A stretch of 64,000 nucleotides of DNA, taken from NCBI GenBank assembly GCA_020854825.1, contig JAHKLY010000002.1:64001-128000 (forward strand), read 5' to 3'. Below are positions 19,240-29,313 of the stretch, piece after piece. The notes below the pieces were generated by a model. The model was not told the origin of the DNA and did no database searches. It saw only the letters and a list, made by a program, of their open reading frames with translations. The stretch's first letter is position 1, and every line of letters starts with the position of its first letter. This stretch comes from Candidatus Micrarchaeota archaeon. GTDB lineage: Archaea; Micrarchaeota; Micrarchaeia; Anstonellales; JAHKLY01. Made by a program: the position numbers and the translations under genes.

Positions 19240-20196
19240 TCAATATTCAACAATAAAGCTTTCACATCCTTGTGGTTCTACCCACATCCCAAATAAAAAT
19301 AGTTTTGCATACCCAACATATGGAATTCTTAATATCACAATTCCCTTTGATTGTTGTTTTGATACAAGTGAATTACCCCTTTGATATGTGGAAGAATGCA
19401 TTTGTAAGTCAAAAATAGCATTATTATCTCCTTTTATTAAATAGTATTCACCTTGCGGTGAATTTATTTTTAAATAGACTCTATGGATTATATCTCCAGT
19501 TAAAGCAAATAAATCCTCTTTTTTTGGTTCATAAACCATTATATCATTAGTTTTATTTAATTCATATATTTTTTCTTTGAATTCTATATTTTTTACACAA
19601 ATAGTATTAATATTAGATTTGTCTTGATACTCTCTTTTACAAGTTCCATAATTAAATTTTAATGGCCCATGCATTTCGTAATATTTTTCAGGATATATTT
19701 TAAAGTCTGTACAAAAATCAGTATTTTTATCTAAACAATATACAAATATTGATCCATTTAGGCCATATGTATTTCCTTCAATTTCTATGATTGCTGTATT
19801 ATTTATGTCATTTATATTTTCAACATATATGCTGGGAGCATTAATTTCTTGTTCTCCTTTTAATATGATCAGATCTCCTCTTTCATAGTCAGGTAACATA
19901 CTACAAGATACTATTGCATTTATAGGAATAGAAGTACCTAATAAAAATACAAGTCCAAACCATATACTTAAAGCTAATACAATGGCTATGACAATTTCTT
20001 TTATTTCATTTTTCATTCCTTTTTTAATTGTTCCTTTAACAATATCCATACCTACTATTAACAGAATGGATGATCCTCCTAAAACCGCAAAAATAACATG
20101 TCTAGTAAGTAGATATAATAAAAAAGAAATAATAAGCAGGATATAATGTAAATAATATTTTTCAATAACATCTATTTTTTTTAATATTTTTTTCAT
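19240..20196 (-). CDS. signal peptidase I (Sec11/S26 type) with large insertion
   Basis: N-terminal TMs, SCSMLP catalytic Ser, GDLII, IIHRV, KGDNN, RIPYVG. Confidence 0.8.
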   Translation of the reverse strand: MKKILKKIDVIEKYYLHYILLIISFLLYLLTRHVIFAVLGGSSILLIVGMDIVKGTIKKGMKNEIKEIVIAIVLALSIWFGLVFLLGTSIPINAIVSCSMLPDYERGDLIILKGEQEINAPSIYVENINDINNTAIIEIEGNTYGLNGSIFVYCLDKNTDFCTDFKIYPEKYYEMHGPLKFNYGTCKREYQDKSNINTICVKNIEFKEKIYELNKTNDIMVYEPKKEDLFALTGDIIHRVYLKINSPQGEYYLIKGDNNAIFDLQMHSSTYQRGNSLVSKQQSKGIVILRIPYVGYAKLFLFGMWVEPQGCESFIVEY

Positions 20197-20205
20197 TAAT
20201 TATCC

Positions 20206-20472
20206 CTATTTTTTAAGTTGTGATTCTATTTTATCAAGGTCTTTTTGAAATTCTTCAACAGCATTTTTAATTAAACCTAATGCATCTTTTTTAGTAGTTC
20301 GTACATACAATATGTGATTATCCTTTAAAAAATGTCCTCTTTTAACTGCAGTAAATTCTACATCTTTATCTTTTAGAAGTTTTTCTTTAATAGAATTTAA
20401 TAAACCAATATCTAAATCTTCAACTTCAATTTCTATATAATTTTTTTCTTTTTTAAGAAATTTAAATTTCAT
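20206..20472 (-). CDS. rpoL: RNA polymerase subunit L (Rpo11)
   Basis: Size, Rpo11-like pattern and conserved position after csl4. Confidence 0.8.
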   Translation of the reverse strand: MKFKFLKKEKNYIEIEVEDLDIGLLNSIKEKLLKDKDVEFTAVKRGHFLKDNHILYVRTTKKDALGLIKNAVEEFQKDLDKIESQLKK

Positions 20473-20490
20473 TTTTATCCCCCCTTATTT

Positions 20491-21051
20491 TTATTTTAAA
20501 GCCAGGTTTCTATAATCATTACTAATCACTCTATTATCTTTAAATCCACATTGTTCACAAACAAGTGTGTTGTCTTCTTTTTTTAGTATATTTCTACATT
20601 TTGAACAAAATGCTTTTACCACTCCTAAATTAGGTTTATCTGTTGCTATTTCTATTTGTCCTTTTCTGATATCCACATTGATTACTATTGCTTTAATTAT
20701 ATCTCCTATTTTTACTTCATTTTTTAAACTATCTACAAAACCTTGTTTTACATTTGAAACATGTAAACTGGCATAGTCATTCGTTTTTGGGTATCTCCCA
20801 ATTTTTTGATCTATGGGTATAATTGAAGCTAAAGCCATTTGATCACTAACTTTTTCTATTCTTCCAAAAACCAATACTCCCCTATGGAGATTTCTATACC
20901 TATAAGGTCGGTCTACAGTCATTTTTCTATCCTCTATTTTTTTCTCTCCTAGTAATAGAGAACATATTTTTTCATTTTCTAGATAAGTTCCAGTTCCTTT
21001 AAGGAATTCTTCTTCTGTGCCTAATTCTTCTCCAGGTTTGGTTAAATCCAT
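20491..21051 (-). CDS. csl4: exosome complex subunit Csl4
   Basis: PGEELG..EE, S1 domain (GDIIKA), LGVVKAFCSKC...CEQCG Zn ribbon. Confidence 0.92.
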   Translation of the reverse strand: MDLTKPGEELGTEEEFLKGTGTYLENEKICSLLLGEKKIEDRKMTVDRPYRYRNLHRGVLVFGRIEKVSDQMALASIIPIDQKIGRYPKTNDYASLHVSNVKQGFVDSLKNEVKIGDIIKAIVINVDIRKGQIEIATDKPNLGVVKAFCSKCRNILKKEDNTLVCEQCGFKDNRVISNDYRNLALK

Positions 21052-21133
21052 ATTTATCACTAAAAATAGCTTTTATTTGTATATTATTGTTAAATACCAA
21101 TATTTAAATATGTTGCCTATGCTTTTATAATAC

Positions 21134-22357
21134 ATGAAAGGAATTCTTATACTATCTGTAGATAGGGATAATGATTTATTTGAGAAAGCTAAGATATCCG
21201 GTCCAATTATAGGCAGGGAAGCAAACTTAAATGCAGCGAATAAATTAGCGTTAGCAGATCCTCAGGATACAGATGCAAATGCTATTTTTCAAGCAGTTAA
21301 AAAGTATGATGAATTAGGAAAAGATTATGAAGTTCAAATAGTTACTTTAACTGGGAATAAGAAACTAGGGTATGAAGCAGATAAAACAATTGCTAATCAA
21401 TTAGATAAAATATTGCAAGGGTCTTCTTTTACTTCTTGTGTTTTAGTTACAGATGGTCAACATGATGAAGAGATTATTCCAATTCTTAAATCTAGAATTA
21501 AAATAGATTCAGCTCAAATTGTAGTTATGAAACAAGCAAAAGAATTAGAGAAAACATATGTAGTTTTATTAGAAAAATTAAAGGATCCATATTACGCAAG
21601 AATTATTTTAGGAATTCCTGCGTTATTACTTATAATGTTTGCTTTAAGTAGTTATATGAATTGGGGATGGGAACCAGTAGCAATTGTTATTGCATTATTT
21701 CTTTTAATGAGATTATTTGGGATTGATGAATATATAGTTTCAACTTCAAGACATTTTAATTTTTCAGTAGAGAATAGTAGTTTTGTGATATATTTATCTG
21801 CATTTGCAATAATACTTGTTTCATTTTGGACAACCTATCAAACATATTCAATAAATTTTATGGAGTTTGATGCAGTTAAAATTCTAGGTATGAGTTTACA
21901 ATCTTTAATGAGATTATTACCTTGGGGATTATTATTATTAGTTATAGGAAAAGTATTTGATGCATATAAAGAAGGAAAAAAGATAAAAATAACAAAATAC
22001 GGGGCATATATGACTTCAATTATGTTATTTTGGTTAATATTTTCAGTAGGTGCAGATTGGGTTGTTAATATTTCTCCACCTTATGTTTCATTTGGAGATT
22101 TTATTTTAGTAATTTTGATAAGTTTAATTTTGGGGTATATATGTATTTATGTAATACATAAGATAAAAGTAGATATTGTATCAAGACTTAAACTTGAAGA
22201 TAAAGAAGTTATAAATGAATATGGATCTTTTATAGGAACTGTAGTTGGGGTAGATAAGAAGAAATCTATATTAATAGTTCAATCTCCTTTTGGACAAAAG
22301 AAAAAACTTAATTTTGATTTGATATCTGAAGTTAATGAAAGAATAATAGTCAAATGA
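21134..22357 (+). CDS. DUF373 family membrane protein with C-terminal PRC-barrel-like segment
   Basis: VDRDND, DPQDTDANA, VTDG..DE, QAKELEKTY. Confidence 0.8.
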   Translation: MKGILILSVDRDNDLFEKAKISGPIIGREANLNAANKLALADPQDTDANAIFQAVKKYDELGKDYEVQIVTLTGNKKLGYEADKTIANQLDKILQGSSFTSCVLVTDGQHDEEIIPILKSRIKIDSAQIVVMKQAKELEKTYVVLLEKLKDPYYARIILGIPALLLIMFALSSYMNWGWEPVAIVIALFLLMRLFGIDEYIVSTSRHFNFSVENSSFVIYLSAFAIILVSFWTTYQTYSINFMEFDAVKILGMSLQSLMRLLPWGLLLLVIGKVFDAYKEGKKIKITKYGAYMTSIMLFWLIFSVGADWVVNISPPYVSFGDFILVILISLILGYICIYVIHKIKVDIVSRLKLEDKEVINEYGSFIGTVVGVDKKKSILIVQSPFGQKKKLNFDLISEVNERIIVK

Positions 22358-22363
22358 TTTATT

Positions 22364-23344
22364 TTAAATTAATTTTATTAATCCCCTGCCTATTTCTGCT
22401 AAATCCGCACCTAACATCATAGCAAATGAACGTATAAAGGTATAAGTAATAATTAATGCTATTACTGGTGAAATAAATATTCTCAATAATATTGCAAAAA
22501 AACTACTTTCAAAAAACATTCCAAGTATTGTTTGATAATCAATACTCATTGCCATGTTCTTAATTAAACTTGCAGTTGCTATATTATTACCAATACATAA
22601 TTCTTCTAACATTTTATTATACTCATCTAGATTTTCAATTTCAAATGCTTCTAAGGATTCTGATGTACTACCTGATACAAAAAGAGTCATTAAAAAAGCA
22701 GAGGGAAGCACAATTGCAAAACCTAATCCCATAGCAATAAACATTGCTCCTACACCCCTAGTTGGAGGAAATGCTCTTAATATAATACCCATGGGTAATA
22801 TTATTACTGCTAGATAATCTCCAAATTTCATTACCTCAACAAAAAAATACATCCACATTACAAATATCCCTAATACGTTTATTATCCAAGTGAATGTTCC
22901 GATAATTGTATTTGGGAGTGAGGCTGCACCAGGAATAAATGTTTTACTTAATAATCCTCCCATATCAGTTCCTATTATTGAAATTTCTTTACCAAATGCA
23001 AAAAAGAAACCTGCACTAAATACATTTCTATATGTTTTTTTAATTGGCCCCAATATTTTATAAACTTCAAAAACTGCGGCATTAACAGGGTCTGAACCAA
23101 GTACTGGTGCAGTTGAAGTTGTATGTGTTAATTCATTTGAAACTTCTTGGGTTAAATAAAGCATACCTTGAATAAATCCTATAATTGCTAAAATTATAAA
23201 TGCAGTTATTAAAATTTCCATATACTCACTTTTACACCATTTTTCTAATCCTTTTAAAGAAAATGCTCTCGCCATCATATAGAATATAGTAATTCCCCCC
23301 AAGCAAAAAATTGCCAATATTAGAGTTAATATTATCCAATCCAT
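22364..23344 (-). CDS. polytopic membrane protein, array paralog 6 (CedA/VirB6-like)
   Basis: WCKSEYME and LPMGIILRAFPPTRGVGAMFIA motifs shared across the array. Confidence 0.75.
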   Translation of the reverse strand: MDWIILTLILAIFCLGGITIFYMMARAFSLKGLEKWCKSEYMEILITAFIILAIIGFIQGMLYLTQEVSNELTHTTSTAPVLGSDPVNAAVFEVYKILGPIKKTYRNVFSAGFFFAFGKEISIIGTDMGGLLSKTFIPGAASLPNTIIGTFTWIINVLGIFVMWMYFFVEVMKFGDYLAVIILPMGIILRAFPPTRGVGAMFIAMGLGFAIVLPSAFLMTLFVSGSTSESLEAFEIENLDEYNKMLEELCIGNNIATASLIKNMAMSIDYQTILGMFFESSFFAILLRIFISPVIALIITYTFIRSFAMMLGADLAEIGRGLIKLI

Positions 23345-24465
23345 TATATCATCCGTGTTAGATTTGATAAATCTATTTGTTCACCAAAGAACCTTGAAAA
23401 TTCTCTCATTGATGTTGCCAATATAGCAAAATTTAATAGGGGTAAAAATAAACTACCCAAAATATTAATTGCCAACATTTTCCAAGTTGCCATAGATAAT
23501 GCACTAAACATTATTTTCATAGGTTCAATTATACCAATCTTAAAAGTTATTGGTGCACTTGTATGTATATTTCCATCAAACATATCTGCAGGACTATTAA
23601 TATGTAGATTAATAAATTGATTTGCTTGCATTTGTTCTGCAACAAATTCAATAATTCCTTCCCACATTCCAAATACTCCAATACCTTGTAATGCGACACT
23701 ATTAATAACTAAGAGCATAGGCCAAAATAAACCCAATGCAATTGTTAATCCAATAAGTGTTCCCCCAAACCTTCTTGTAGGTTCAAAGCATCTTAGTAAT
23801 ATGCCAATAGGCAGGTATATAGTAAACATTCCAGCATATACATAATTAAATAACATAAGTTGGGTTATAGATGTTACAAGCATTGTTATTATTCCTATTT
23901 GTGCTATTTCAAATACTCTATTTAAACTATTTAATCCCTTTCCAGGAGTAATGCCAATACCCAAACCTATAATATCCACTGAAAATTTAAAATTTCCAAT
24001 AGTTTCTCTTTGAATATTAAAGAAAAGTATGCTTGTTAAAGAAATAGTATTCATTCTCATAAGTGTGGTTAAATAATCTTTTGCTTCTACGACCATTGAG
24101 TCATCGCCAGCACCTAGAACATTACCAAAAATCATTTTAGGAGTTAAACCTCCAGAACATAAAATAAATTCTGAAAATCCAACAATAACGAGCAATATTA
24201 ATACAGTTGCACCAACTTGTAGCATTTCATATTTTGCCCATGTTTCACCTTTTTGTATTTGCATCCCCCTACATATAAGAAATATAATTAATAGAATTAA
24301 AAGAGAAATCATTATTGCTATATAGCAAGTGACAGCCCATGAAGACATAAATGCATTCAAATCTCCCCCACAAACATCATCTGGAAATATATCAAATAAT
24401 GCAGAATGCGACAGATTAAATAGTAGAATTATGCATAGGATAAATAAGGGAATTTTTTTGATCAT
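23344..24465 (-). CDS. polytopic membrane protein, array paralog 5 (signal peptide-like N-terminus)
   Basis: WAKYEMLQ and LPIGILLRCFEPTRRFGGTLIG motifs. Confidence 0.75.
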   Translation of the reverse strand: MIKKIPLFILCIILLFNLSHSALFDIFPDDVCGGDLNAFMSSWAVTCYIAIMISLLILLIIFLICRGMQIQKGETWAKYEMLQVGATVLILLVIVGFSEFILCSGGLTPKMIFGNVLGAGDDSMVVEAKDYLTTLMRMNTISLTSILFFNIQRETIGNFKFSVDIIGLGIGITPGKGLNSLNRVFEIAQIGIITMLVTSITQLMLFNYVYAGMFTIYLPIGILLRCFEPTRRFGGTLIGLTIALGLFWPMLLVINSVALQGIGVFGMWEGIIEFVAEQMQANQFINLHINSPADMFDGNIHTSAPITFKIGIIEPMKIMFSALSMATWKMLAINILGSLFLPLLNFAILATSMREFSRFFGEQIDLSNLTRMI

Positions 24466-25667
24466 ATTAATTTCACCAATTCTGCTACATTCATATCTGA
24501 ACCTAAGAATTTTCCCATTTCTTGTATAAATGTAAATGTAATGAATATATTTAATGAAGGCAATATAAAACTACCTATCATTACTAGAAAAATACCTTCT
24601 TGGAGCATAATATAAAAGGCGTCCATATATAAATCACTAATTGCTCCAGCAACCATTGGATAAAGAAGCTGCCGATTTTTAAATATAGTGGGAGTTCCAC
24701 TTGTCATAAATTCTTTAAATGATTTATATAATGGATCTATTATGGCATTTGTAATTTCTCTACCTGGCCTATTAAGAGTAGGAGGGAAAGCATAGAAATG
24801 GTCTTGTGCATAATTTATCATTTCATAAGGATATACTCCAATATATGCAGACATTATTAAATTATTGAGATTAAGCATAATTGGATAAACAAAATATAGG
24901 CCTAGTGCAAGGGCAATTAATCCCCCCCCTACAGAACGAGTAGTTGGAAAACTTCGCAATATTAATCCCAATGGTAAAAATAAAGCAAGCATTTTATCTG
25001 AAGTAAAACATAGAATAAACATATTACCAATCCAGCTTGTTATTGCAGGTAATAAAATAACCAAAGACCAATCAGTTAGTTTAGACACAATGCCAAACAT
25101 TGAACCAAAATCATAATTAATTCCAATCATATTAAATGGAGTGAAATTAATTTCTATTGAGAATAACCCTTCTAAAAACATATTTATAGTTAACATATGG
25201 TATCCTAAATGCATTAGTTCTGCAGCCATTGCTTCTGAATAATAATATGCAGTTTGTAATAAAGTGCACCCCGCATTTGGATCGCTTGGGTCAGAGTATC
25301 CACATAAAGTTACATCACAATCACCTACATTTTGACAAGAAGGGTTATTTAATTTTCCAATTTGATCTAAAGGCCCTATCAATGCAAGCAATAAAACAAT
25401 AAGTATGAAGGATGCACTAACTTGCCAAATTTCATTTTTTCCCCATGCACTAATATTTGGAAGGTCCACTGCTTTTCCGATTAAAAACACACAAACAGCA
25501 ATCATAAATACAAGAAAAACTCCAGTAATAGATAGTACTAACCAGTTTAATGATGAATCTTGTAGTCCAATTGTTGGGCATGTTTGAGTCGGTTGTACTA
25601 AACTAAATCCTGTGATATTATTAATACAAAGGAAAAACATAATTACTAAAATTAATTTATTATTCAT
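24462..25667 (-). CDS. polytopic membrane protein, array paralog 4 (signal peptide-like N-terminus, Cys-rich loop)
   Basis: WGKNEIWQ and LPLGLILRSFPTTRSVGGGLIA motifs. Confidence 0.75.
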   Translation of the reverse strand: MNNKLILVIMFFLCINNITGFSLVQPTQTCPTIGLQDSSLNWLVLSITGVFLVFMIAVCVFLIGKAVDLPNISAWGKNEIWQVSASFILIVLLLALIGPLDQIGKLNNPSCQNVGDCDVTLCGYSDPSDPNAGCTLLQTAYYYSEAMAAELMHLGYHMLTINMFLEGLFSIEINFTPFNMIGINYDFGSMFGIVSKLTDWSLVILLPAITSWIGNMFILCFTSDKMLALFLPLGLILRSFPTTRSVGGGLIALALGLYFVYPIMLNLNNLIMSAYIGVYPYEMINYAQDHFYAFPPTLNRPGREITNAIIDPLYKSFKEFMTSGTPTIFKNRQLLYPMVAGAISDLYMDAFYIMLQEGIFLVMIGSFILPSLNIFITFTFIQEMGKFLGSDMNVAELVKLI

Positions 25668-25675
25668 TTTTTCAC

Positions 25676-26923
25676 CTATAAGAAATGTGATAATCCTGCA
25701 ATTGATGCATCTCCTCCAAAAAATGGAGCCATTGTTTTTATTGAAGCTAAAATAGCGAATAATACAAGTAAAGGTATAATAACAGTTAGCATAGCAATTT
25801 TACCAATCATATGTAAGATACCGTCTATTTCAAGAGCCATATTCTGTCCTTTAAGATGCATAAGAAGATATGCATCAGAAATCGAAAAAACTCTATTATA
25901 ATATTCAGTAAATCCTTTACCTATATTTTTAAGCGATTCAAGAGGATGAAGAAAATCAAAATGTGCATTTTCAAAATCAAATTGAGGTAACAAACTTGCA
26001 CTTCCTTCAGTCATAAAATCAGCATAAGGCAGTAGTTTTTGTCCAGTCAAAGAGGTCTGTAATCCTATAAAGTTTCCTGATTCAAACATTGCCCTATGGC
26101 CAATAATATATGGTAATGGAGCAATATAATACAGGCTAAGAGATGTAGCTATTAAAAACCCCCCCAATTTTCTAGTAAATTCAAAACTTCTAAATACAAA
26201 TCCACTAATTAATAAAACTGGAAATAAAACTTGTGCTACTATATCTACTGCATTTTTTTGAATTATATTAATAATTAAAGAATGTGATAAAAGTTTGAAT
26301 GCTTTAGCATACATTCCAAATTCTACTGAATATCCTACTCCCGGCATAATTTTTAGTATTTCTGGAAGCAACAAGAAAGGAGGTTTAGGCGCAATTACGT
26401 ATCCTTGTAATAAAAATTTAAAAGATGAAAAAAAGCTTAATTGTTGGTATAATAATAACATTTGTGTCATTGTTTCTGATATCAACCATTCTGTTCTATC
26501 TAAAAATGATAGTGTTACACATATATGAGGAGCGTAATTTCTGCCTACTACTTCAAATCCTTTTTTTGTATATAAACACTTTCCATCTGGATTTAATGCA
26601 ACACCTGCCTCTTGCATAGTCAAAGTATTGGATAATATTAAATCAATATTTGGAGTTGTATCTATTGAAGAATATGGATCTAATTGCACAATTCCTTTGG
26701 GGATGATTTCGTTATCTATAATTGGTATTGCAACAACGACAATCAAAAAGAAAAAGAATAGATTTAGAATGACTTGCCCATATTCAGTTTTTGCCTTTGC
26801 TCTTAAAGATTCGTCTTGTAATATAAATGAAAATAAATGTATTAGAACATAAATTCCAAGCATAATTAAAGATAGTACAAATGTAAGCAAAAGCCCCTGT
26901 GTTTGTAATTCTATAGGTATCAT
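25676..26923 (-). CDS. polytopic membrane protein, array paralog 3
   Basis: KAKTEYGQ and SGFVFRSFEFTRKLGGFLIA motifs. Confidence 0.75.
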   Translation of the reverse strand: MIPIELQTQGLLLTFVLSLIMLGIYVLIHLFSFILQDESLRAKAKTEYGQVILNLFFFFLIVVVAIPIIDNEIIPKGIVQLDPYSSIDTTPNIDLILSNTLTMQEAGVALNPDGKCLYTKKGFEVVGRNYAPHICVTLSFLDRTEWLISETMTQMLLLYQQLSFFSSFKFLLQGYVIAPKPPFLLLPEILKIMPGVGYSVEFGMYAKAFKLLSHSLIINIIQKNAVDIVAQVLFPVLLISGFVFRSFEFTRKLGGFLIATSLSLYYIAPLPYIIGHRAMFESGNFIGLQTSLTGQKLLPYADFMTEGSASLLPQFDFENAHFDFLHPLESLKNIGKGFTEYYNRVFSISDAYLLMHLKGQNMALEIDGILHMIGKIAMLTVIIPLLVLFAILASIKTMAPFFGGDASIAGLSHFL

Positions 26924-27876
26924 TAATCAAACCTCTGTATTAAGAATTTTTGAAAACTATTTATAAAAGATACTGTTATTGCCATACTTATTGTAGGTAA
27001 AAATAATCCCTGCATTAAAACAACTGACAGCATTATAAATCCATTAAATATTTCATATAGTTTTGGCTCTATTACTTGAAATGTTTTTCCCCAAGCACCT
27101 GTAAATGCATCAAATGTTGTGCTATTTGGTATTTCATCAAATATTATTTGAGTTATTGAAATCATGAAGTTATCTTGTATATCTGAAACAATATTTTCAA
27201 CTATTGCTGCGTGGATTACATATGAAAATGGAAAAACAATATAAAATCCAATTGCAACTGCGATTAAAAATGAACCTGAATTTCTTGTAGTTGGAAATAT
27301 TCTTAAGAAAATTCCGATTGGCAATACAAAAGGAATCATTATTGCTTTTATAATTGATAATGCAAATTGTTGTATTGCTAAACTTGCATAAAATGGACTC
27401 ATTAAAGCAAATACTTTATCTAATGCTTTTGTTAAAGTACTTAAATCAAACGGAGGAAAGGTAACGTCTGCTCTTATTGGAATTCCTATCAAGGCTACTC
27501 CAGGTATGTCATTTAATCCTATCTTTATATTTATTTTAGTTAATATATCCATTCCCACCCTCCCATAGAATACAGATTTCATAGTTCCAAATGTATCAAC
27601 AAGTAGGTTTTCTAAATATTCTAAAGATATAGTAAATGGGTCATTTCCAATTAATTGAGTGCTTATTTCAAATAATCCTTGTATTCCAAATATAATAAAT
27701 AACAAAATAGCAATAGATACCAATATCTGATATAATTCCATTCTTGCAAAAATTTCAAATTCTTTATTATTTAATAATTTAGAAAGCAAATAAGAAATTG
27801 CAGTTAATGCTACCATAATCATTAAAGGTACGATAGAAAGTTGCAATGCAGTTATAAATGCTTGATCAAATGCCAT
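26923..27876 (-). CDS. polytopic membrane protein, array paralog 2
   Basis: FARMELYQ and LPIGIFLRIFPTTRNSGSFLIA motifs. Confidence 0.75.
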   Translation of the reverse strand: MAFDQAFITALQLSIVPLMIMVALTAISYLLSKLLNNKEFEIFARMELYQILVSIAILLFIIFGIQGLFEISTQLIGNDPFTISLEYLENLLVDTFGTMKSVFYGRVGMDILTKINIKIGLNDIPGVALIGIPIRADVTFPPFDLSTLTKALDKVFALMSPFYASLAIQQFALSIIKAIMIPFVLPIGIFLRIFPTTRNSGSFLIAVAIGFYIVFPFSYVIHAAIVENIVSDIQDNFMISITQIIFDEIPNSTTFDAFTGAWGKTFQVIEPKLYEIFNGFIMLSVVLMQGLFLPTISMAITVSFINSFQKFLIQRFD

Positions 27877-27877
27877 A

Positions 27878-29149
27878 TTATCCCAACTTTAATTTTTCAA
27901 TTCCAAATATTTTTGTTTCTCCTCCTAAAATTCCAGAGATATTTGCAAATAAGGTTAAACAAATAATAACATCCATAAAAAAACAAATAGCAATAAAAAT
28001 AAACTTCTGTAAAACTTGATTTGCTAAAGCGGCTGTGTAATGAATTGGTTCAGCTGCAAATTCACTTAAATTAATGCCTAATGCAGCACCAGCAAGTGCA
28101 GTTGTTAATTTGGATAATTTACTTAAGGTTCCAAATAATAAATTGTTTATTGTATTGCTAATTACTTCTCCTGCTCTTATCACAGATCTTCCAATATATG
28201 CAAAAAAGTTTTTTATTTTATCACCTAAATTTGAATTCCAATTAGTTTCTTCGTTTATATCATTTATATTATCTGTTAATGAACCAAATTCATCAATTAA
28301 TATATCTCCCCCTTCAGGATAATGTTCATCCATTTTTTCCTGCATTTTTGTTTCATCTTCAAGTTTTTGTTCTAATCTTTCTTCTAATAATGCAACAGAA
28401 ATTGGATCCTCATTATCATATGATAAACCACCTAAGAACATATTGACATATATATATTGATTAAATAAAATAGTCATTGGAAAAATGAAATAAAAAGTAA
28501 TTGCTAATGCAATTAATGTAGAACCTAATCTTCTTGTTATGGGTAATGCGCGTAATATTATCCCCAATGGGAAAAATATTGTGAATGAAGTTATTTTAAT
28601 AAAATCCAATATGGAATCCATTACAGATACTAAAAAGTTTGTCATAATAACAGTTTTAGTTATATCTCCAATCATATCTGCAACTATATTCAATCCTGCT
28701 AATGGTTGCATGCTTACACTCACTACAAAACCAACAAGACCCCCCATAGGTATGGGAACTCCAAATGTTATTCCATATTTAGAATAACCAGATAAAATTG
28801 CACTAGTTCGTACTCCTCTTTCCGCAATATTTTGTAGATTTAAATCCAGTACTTTTAGAAACACTTTTCCTTGTGTAAAATATACGGGATCGTTTATATC
28901 TAAAGGTCCTGAATAACCTATTAATGCATAACATACTAATAATACCACATAATGAAGTAAAAACATCCCAAGAAAAACTATTAATACAGAATAAATCAAT
29001 TCTTTAAATTCTTTTTGTGCCCAGCCTTTTAATTGAGGAAATCCTCCCAAAGTAGATATTAAATATGCAAATAAAGCACCGCCTAGACTTATCATTAATC
29101 CTATAAATACTAGTACATATGCTTGTGAACTAAATACCATATAATTCAT
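27878..29149 (-). CDS. polytopic membrane protein, array paralog 1
   Basis: WAQKEFKE and FPLGIILRALPITRRLGSTLIA motifs. Confidence 0.75.
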   Translation of the reverse strand: MNYMVFSSQAYVLVFIGLMISLGGALFAYLISTLGGFPQLKGWAQKEFKELIYSVLIVFLGMFLLHYVVLLVCYALIGYSGPLDINDPVYFTQGKVFLKVLDLNLQNIAERGVRTSAILSGYSKYGITFGVPIPMGGLVGFVVSVSMQPLAGLNIVADMIGDITKTVIMTNFLVSVMDSILDFIKITSFTIFFPLGIILRALPITRRLGSTLIALAITFYFIFPMTILFNQYIYVNMFLGGLSYDNEDPISVALLEERLEQKLEDETKMQEKMDEHYPEGGDILIDEFGSLTDNINDINEETNWNSNLGDKIKNFFAYIGRSVIRAGEVISNTINNLLFGTLSKLSKLTTALAGAALGINLSEFAAEPIHYTAALANQVLQKFIFIAICFFMDVIICLTLFANISGILGGETKIFGIEKLKLG

Positions 29150-29208
29150 TTAATTGTGTTAAATATATAAAGGTTTATTTATCGGGCATTTATAAAGAAA
29201 TAGTATAA

Positions 29209-29276
29209 ATCGCTCAGTCCGCTCGTCAATCCTCATTGGCTTGCGCCTTAGTGATCACCTTCGTCCTCATTGCGAT
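29209..29276. other. short GC-rich structured intergenic element
   Basis: ATCGC/GCGAT terminal inverted repeat, TCCTCATTG twice, GGCTTGCGCC mini-hairpin, GTGATCAC palindrome. Confidence 0.4.
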
Positions 29277-29313
29277 ATAAATATTATTGGGTTTTCCTTT
29301 ATAAATATGTGTA

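Noticed and set aside
22364-29149. Calling the array a complete conjugative or T4SS locus or an integrated element
   Set aside because: No VirB4/VirD4/HerA ATPase, relaxase, integrase or att repeats in the window; composition resembles the flanking chromosome.
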